This document shows positions 25,908 to 30,600 of a DNA stretch of 30,600 nt, one piece after another. The stretch comes from an uncultured Thermoprotei archaeon (GTDB lineage: Archaea; Thermoproteota; Thermoprotei; Thermofilales; B15-G2): contig CBDUKN010000027.1 of the NCBI GenBank assembly GCA_965367815.1, positions 1-30,600 of the forward strand, read 5' to 3'. A program made the position numbers and the translations under genes. Every line of letters begins with the position of its first letter. Position 1 is the first letter of the stretch. The notes below the pieces were generated by a model. That model saw nothing but the letters and a program-made list of their open reading frames with translations. It was not told where the DNA came from and did no database searches.

Positions 25908-27257
25908 ATGACGAGGTTTTTCGAAGAATTTTTGAGAGAAGCAGAGAAGAGGGAAAGTAGGAGAAAGAAAGAGCAGAAAAAGAAAACGGAGACAAGAGAA
26001 GAGAAAGTAAAGAAGGTGAGGAGGAAAATTAAGAAAAAGCCTATAGCTTCAAGAAAACTTGAAGTAAAGCTTCCAGCTAAACCTAAGCTAAGTTTTCTTA
26101 AAAGAAAAAAGTCTGTACCTAAGCCTCAGCTAATACAGCAGCAGTATAAGTACGACTATGTTGAGCGCTGCAATGGATACACGTATGCTTTCGATCTCAT
26201 GAATAGATTACTCTACGTGTGGATAGGGAAAGATAGAAGAGAAATAGAGGAGAGCACATGGGGTTGTCTAGAAGCATTAAGAAAGTTAGCGACTATAAGC
26301 GAGATTCATGTAGTCGGAGACTACGTCTCAGTTCTCGACGACCGTTTCGGGCAGTTTACAGTACGCTTTGCTGACTACAAGTTCACTAAAGAGGAAGCAG
26401 ACTTTACTGTAAACAACATAGCTATAGCAGCTAAACTACACTTAACTGAAAGAACCCCCGTTGTAGTAGGAGACCTTGAGGGTTTCCGTGTTCAGTGTAA
26501 GAAAGACCTTGTAGGCAAGACTACGCAGCTAGTAGCAGTGCGTTTGAGAAAAATACCAGACTTAGTCGAGCTTCTGAGAGAAAGAGTTGCAGCTAAACTA
26601 CTTACATGTGTACTTACACGCCTTCCTACTGTCTTTATTGGTGAGCCGGGTAGCGGTAAAACTACTGCGCTTAACTCTACTTTACTGAAACTTCTAGCCA
26701 TATTCCCTAAGCTAAATATCAGTGTTGTTGAAACTAGCGCAGAGCTAAGATTCCCTACAGGTTTCTCAGTACACCGTACTGTATGCACTGGCTACATTTC
26801 TACTGAAGAAGCATTGAGAAAAGCGTTCACTACTGAGCGCCCAGATATCCTTGTGCTAGGAGAGCTGACAGACGAAGTCGACATATGGATGAACTTTGTT
26901 AGATCTGGCCAAGCCTGCCTAACTACTTTTCATAGCCCTGACCCCCCGACATTTGTCCGCCACATTTCAATGAAAATGAATGCCTACGCGCTTGACTTCT
27001 TCAAGTTGATAGTGCATTGTTCTAGAACAACTGACAGCCTTGGAAGAAGATACTACCGCATTAATGCAGCATACATTATTGACTCACAGAATAAGCCACA
27101 TTTACTAACAGAGCTAAGTGAAGAAGAGTTCCTTAAAATACTTGAAGAAGACTACGGAGAAAGAACACCAGTAGTCTCTAGCGGAAACAGATTATTCGAT
27201 AAGAAGTCACTATACATGTATATTAAAGCAAATATAAGTAAAACAATAAGTATCTAA
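25908..27257 (+). CDS. Type IV pilus assembly ATPase (TadA/CpaF/UpsE/VirB11-like)
   Basis: Walker A GEPGSGKTT, Asp box VETSAEL, Walker B ERPDILVLGE, His box TTFH; Lys/Glu-rich N-terminus. Confidence 0.9.
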   Translation: MTRFFEEFLREAEKRESRRKKEQKKKTETREEKVKKVRRKIKKKPIASRKLEVKLPAKPKLSFLKRKKSVPKPQLIQQQYKYDYVERCNGYTYAFDLMNRLLYVWIGKDRREIEESTWGCLEALRKLATISEIHVVGDYVSVLDDRFGQFTVRFADYKFTKEEADFTVNNIAIAAKLHLTERTPVVVGDLEGFRVQCKKDLVGKTTQLVAVRLRKIPDLVELLRERVAAKLLTCVLTRLPTVFIGEPGSGKTTALNSTLLKLLAIFPKLNISVVETSAELRFPTGFSVHRTVCTGYISTEEALRKAFTTERPDILVLGELTDEVDIWMNFVRSGQACLTTFHSPDPPTFVRHISMKMNAYALDFFKLIVHCSRTTDSLGRRYYRINAAYIIDSQNKPHLLTELSEEEFLKILEEDYGERTPVVSSGNRLFDKKSLYMYIKANISKTISI

Positions 27258-27395
27258 ATAACAGTATAGTATACTAGCACAAGAAAATAATTAAATTAAA
27301 TAAAATTTATTTAAAACCAATATTTTTTATTTAAATGCATTTAAATTCATTAAAGAAACGCTAAACTTAAATTATTTACCAGAAAATATACTCAC

Positions 27396-30300
27396 ATGAG
27401 ATACATATCTCTAAGGAAAATTCCTCTACTCATCATTATTCTAATACTTCTCATAAACTTTACAGTAGTTGTCGAGGCTCAGCCCAGCGAACCTCTCGCC
27501 CGCATTGAGAGTCCTTGGGCTGTAAGGGAACTGTACTACGTGAATGGTTCGCTTTGGTGGAGGCATGTTTTGAAAAAGTACTTAGTGTGGCATGGTACAC
27601 TTGAATTATGGTATCCTGTCTACGCTAATGTAAGCGACACAATAACAATATACGTTACATACAATTGTATGCATTTACATAAAGATAGAATATGGATTGG
27701 GTATTCTTATCATGCTTTTAGAAACCGTGTAATGGAGAATACTGTATGCAGTATTTGCTCACTAGAACTAGTCAGTACACTTGGCATACATAAAGGAAAA
27801 TTCACAGTACAGTTAAATGAATCAGGAATATTAGTACTACATATAGGCATAGGTGTAGTAGAGGAAGGTAAACTATATGCAGATACTTTCTTAAGAATAT
27901 TCGCTACTATTGTAGGTTATTCACCCGACCTCAGTTTCGGTTTACAGAACTATACGAGTATTGTTTTAGGGTTTAGGAGGGTTGAGAGGCTTTTAGCTGA
28001 GAAAGAGGAGCTTCAATTGAAGCTTAGTGAGCTTAATGCTTCTAGAGAAAAGCTTCTCAAGGAAATTGCTGGGCTTGAAGAGAAGGTTAAGCAGCTTAAC
28101 TCTACTCTAGTTGAGCTTAAAGCGAATTTAAGTAAGTTGAAGGAAGTTTACTTTAATAAGAGTAGTGAAGTAAGTAAGCTGGAAAGTAAGGTAAATGAAG
28201 TTAGTGAAGAAAATAAGACGCTTGCAGCTGAAATAGAGAGAACGCGTTTCACAGCAATACTACTTTACGTGGCTTCAGCAATAGTCGTCGTATTAACACT
28301 TGTCTACAGGAAACGTAAACTAGGCTACATAATCTCACTAATGTTGATTCTACTAACACCCATTATAATGTATTCTACTACAGAGTCGAAAGAAACTATT
28401 ACTTTCGTGTACTATAGTAATGGGCTTAAAGTACAGGTAATTTATCCCAAAGAATTCAAGCTACCATTAAAAATTACAGTAAAGTTTCCTTACCCAATTA
28501 AAGAATGGTGGAAAGGAGCAGATAAGTTATGTAGAATGGATAAGACTGGAGTAATGTTAGAGCACTGGAGGACGTACGATGAGTTTGAGTTTGAGAGTAA
28601 TGATGCTGAAGTAACTGATACAGTTTACTCTATATACAGTAAGACTGATGCATTTGACTACAGAATACCTTTGACAAGAGAATGCTCATACTTAGTTAAA
28701 ATCTTCCATAATAAAGGTACGCTTAAGTCATATAAGTATAATAAAGTTTACTGGGTTTTTGAGGGCTCTCACGTAGACTTACTTTTGCTCTACAGTTTCT
28801 CTGGAGACTTTTTCCACGTATTTAAAGAGATATTTGCGAGTGATTTAGTTGGTGTAAAGCAGTATGAGAGCGATGTGAGTGTTTTAGAGAAGACATTAAG
28901 TTCTCTTAATGCTAGTGTACAGCAGCTTTTAATGCGTAAACAGCAGCTTAGTACCTTAGTCAAGAGTCTTGAGAACCAGATAGTTGATGGTGAAGGCAAG
29001 ATAAGCGAGTATAAGGCTCTTATTGATGACTTAGACTCAAAGAAAGCTGAGCTTAATCAACAACTCAAAAGTCTTATTGAAGAAAATTCTAGGCTTAAGG
29101 CTGAGGAAGGTTTCTGGAGTACTGTTTACCAGGTTTCAGTAGTAGTGTTAGTATTGTCTATTATTATTTCAGTACTTATAGCCTATAGGACAGCTAGATA
29201 CGCAGTCCTCCTATTAATCCTACTACTCTCACTAGTAACGCTTCCCATTAAAGTAAATGCAGGAGAAGTAGTCTTAGCTGATAAAAAAGACCCATTCAAC
29301 ATAACAAAAACCATAGAAATCAAATCAGACTCTACTAATCCGAGTGGTAATGCTAGTGTTAGTGTTAGTGTTGATGTTTTGGCTGGTGCTTGTCTTGCTG
29401 AAAACTATACTAGTGTTCTTTCGGGAGTTCTGGTTAAAGGCTTCGCATGGTGTAAAATTGAGTGCGGTTTGTTTGATTTACAGGGTTCTCGGGAAATTCT
29501 TTACCATGGTGTTGACGTGGATAGTGTTCCCAAGTATCCGTTCTATGGGATTCACAGCTGTCTTACTCTAGGTGAGTCTAGTGTTTCGGCAGCTGCGTTA
29601 GGTAAAATGTGGTACAGGAAGTCTAATAGTATCTATGAGCTGTGCTACAGGAATAGTAGCGGAGAGTATAGAGTAGTCTACGATAAGGAGGCTTTCTACG
29701 AGACTACTAGCTCGTATTTTGAGGCAAGTGTCTATGTTTATAGAGAATATAAAGCTATCTATGGTAGAGTTTATTGGTGTGGTGTAGCTGAAATAGTTAA
29801 TAGTTTCTACAATAAGCCAATTAGAATTAAAATAACTGTCAAAACAGACTCCTACTATAGGGGAGAGTGGACTGTAAGTGGCTTTGCTTGGCTAAAAGTA
29901 TGGTACGAGACAAGTGGCGGCGGTTCAGTAGAGAAACTTCGTTTTTATGCGATATTGGCTGATAGTGGTAGGAGTCTTTCGGTTCCAGTGGTTTATCGTT
30001 GGCTTACTGTTCCTGAGTGGTTTAGTGGTGTAACGCCTTTCACTACTGTAAAAGAAGCTGGCTATGTTTACGTTAATGTTCCTTTATATGTTAAGGTGAG
30101 TGGCAGAGTCTATAGGTTTAGGGGGTATGCTGGCGGCGGAATTGTTTCAACATACTATAATGAGACTTATGCTAAACTCGATGTAAGGAGTACCGATGTA
30201 GTTGTAGCCGTATATGGAGACTTTACTACAGGCGAAATCTACAGTACTCACTATGTGCCTCTTTTTAGAGAAGCATATAGTAGTAGTACTGTATTCAAGT

Positions 30301-30600
30301 TTATTCAGTTTATTTCTCCAGCAAACCACTATAAAATGAGTAGTATTGACGAGTACTTTGAGTGGGCTGTAGCAGTAAACTGGGGTGAGTATGTTTTCCG
30401 CACATGGGTAATTCTACCAGACTTGTCTACAGTTCAAGGAAATATCGAAGAAATCGAAGTACACGACTACCCCGGTACACAGTCTTTCCACGTAGAAGCA
30501 TCAGTAATAAGTGTTGACTCAAGTAAAACTTACGTAGCGGTATACGAGTATAGGCCGGGTTATCCGTATAAGTTTGAGTGTAACGCTGTACTGGAGAATG
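27396..30600 (+). CDS. Large secreted/membrane surface (poly)protein, at least 1068 aa, runs off the window end
   Basis: Hand translation is open from ATG 27396 to the end: MRYISLRKIPLLIIILILLINFTVVVEA|QPSEPLAR..., two coiled-coil + TM-hairpin units, then a Tyr/Val/Ser-rich beta region with many NxS/T sequons. Not in the ORF track because there is no stop. Confidence 0.9.
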   Translation, partial: MRYISLRKIPLLIIILILLINFTVVVEAQPSEPLARIESPWAVRELYYVNGSLWWRHVLKKYLVWHGTLELWYPVYANVSDTITIYVTYNCMHLHKDRIWIGYSYHAFRNRVMENTVCSICSLELVSTLGIHKGKFTVQLNESGILVLHIGIGVVEEGKLYADTFLRIFATIVGYSPDLSFGLQNYTSIVLGFRRVERLLAEKEELQLKLSELNASREKLLKEIAGLEEKVKQLNSTLVELKANLSKLKEVYFNKSSEVSKLESKVNEVSEENKTLAAEIERTRFTAILLYVASAIVVVLTLVYRKRKLGYIISLMLILLTPIIMYSTTESKETITFVYYSNGLKVQVIYPKEFKLPLKITVKFPYPIKEWWKGADKLCRMDKTGVMLEHWRTYDEFEFESNDAEVTDTVYSIYSKTDAFDYRIPLTRECSYLVKIFHNKGTLKSYKYNKVYWVFEGSHVDLLLLYSFSGDFFHVFKEIFASDLVGVKQYESDVSVLEKTLSSLNASVQQLLMRKQQLSTLVKSLENQIVDGEGKISEYKALIDDLDSKKAELNQQLKSLIEENSRLKAEEGFWSTVYQVSVVVLVLSIIISVLIAYRTARYAVLLLILLLSLVTLPIKVNAGEVVLADKKDPFNITKTIEIKSDSTNPSGNASVSVSVDVLAGACLAENYTSVLSGVLVKGFAWCKIECGLFDLQGSREILYHGVDVDSVPKYPFYGIHSCLTLGESSVSAAALGKMWYRKSNSIYELCYRNSSGEYRVVYDKEAFYETTSSYFEASVYVYREYKAIYGRVYWCGVAEIVNSFYNKPIRIKITVKTDSYYRGEWTVSGFAWLKVWYETSGGGSVEKLRFYAILADSGRSLSVPVVYRWLTVPEWFSGVTPFTTVKEAGYVYVNVPLYVKVSGRVYRFRGYAGGGIVSTYYNETYAKLDVRSTDVVVAVYGDFTTGEIYSTHYVPLFREAYSSSTVFKFIQFISPANHYKMSSIDEYFEWAVAVNWGEYVFRTWVILPDLSTVQGNIEEIEVHDYPGTQSFHVEASVISVDSSKTYVAVYEYRPGYPYKFECNAVLEN

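Noticed and set aside
29353-29377. (AGTGTT)n microrepeat
   Set aside because: Simply encodes an SVSVSV beta strand
4707-30329. Numerous short shadow ORFs (e.g. 4707-5003, 5622-5807, 8050-8988 set, 10624-10932, 12268-13299, 14149-14927, 16080-16262, 21200-21451, 22230-24599 set, 25467-25682, 26492-26788, 28790-30329 set)
   Set aside because: Antisense or off-frame to well-supported genes, with Ser/Leu/Phe-rich mirror composition

Overview
AT-rich DNA from a (hyper)thermophilic archaeon, most likely Thermoproteota-like, although two genes have Asgard-like signatures. All family calls come from motif recognition; no database search was run. 1-5.2 kb is an accessory or mobile-looking segment: the 5' two-thirds of a tnpB, two GC-rich K-turn-containing candidate ncRNAs around a basic orphan gene, a divergent TGT/DUF6610-like gene, and small orphans that share a promoter cassette and carry homopolymer frameshifts. 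5.2-7.6 kb holds a geranylgeranyl reductase facing a Bet3/TRAPP-like V4R protein and a Zn-finger-wHTH protein. 7.6-27.3 kb is a contiguous block that looks like a self-contained DNA exchange and repair island: a Ced/Ted-like T4SS (VirB4/CedB ATPase, two CedA/VirB6-like proteins, VirB2-like pilin), ParB, several wHTH regulators, a PD-(D/E)XK nuclease + RadA + degenerate RadA paralog operon behind a symmetric palindrome array, a SWIM protein, and a type IV pilus system with MinD. From 27396 to the window end runs an ORF of at least 1068 codons, missed by the ORF track, built like a polyprotein of signal peptide / ectodomain / coiled coil / TM modules. I found no tRNA, rRNA, integrase or CRISPR array.
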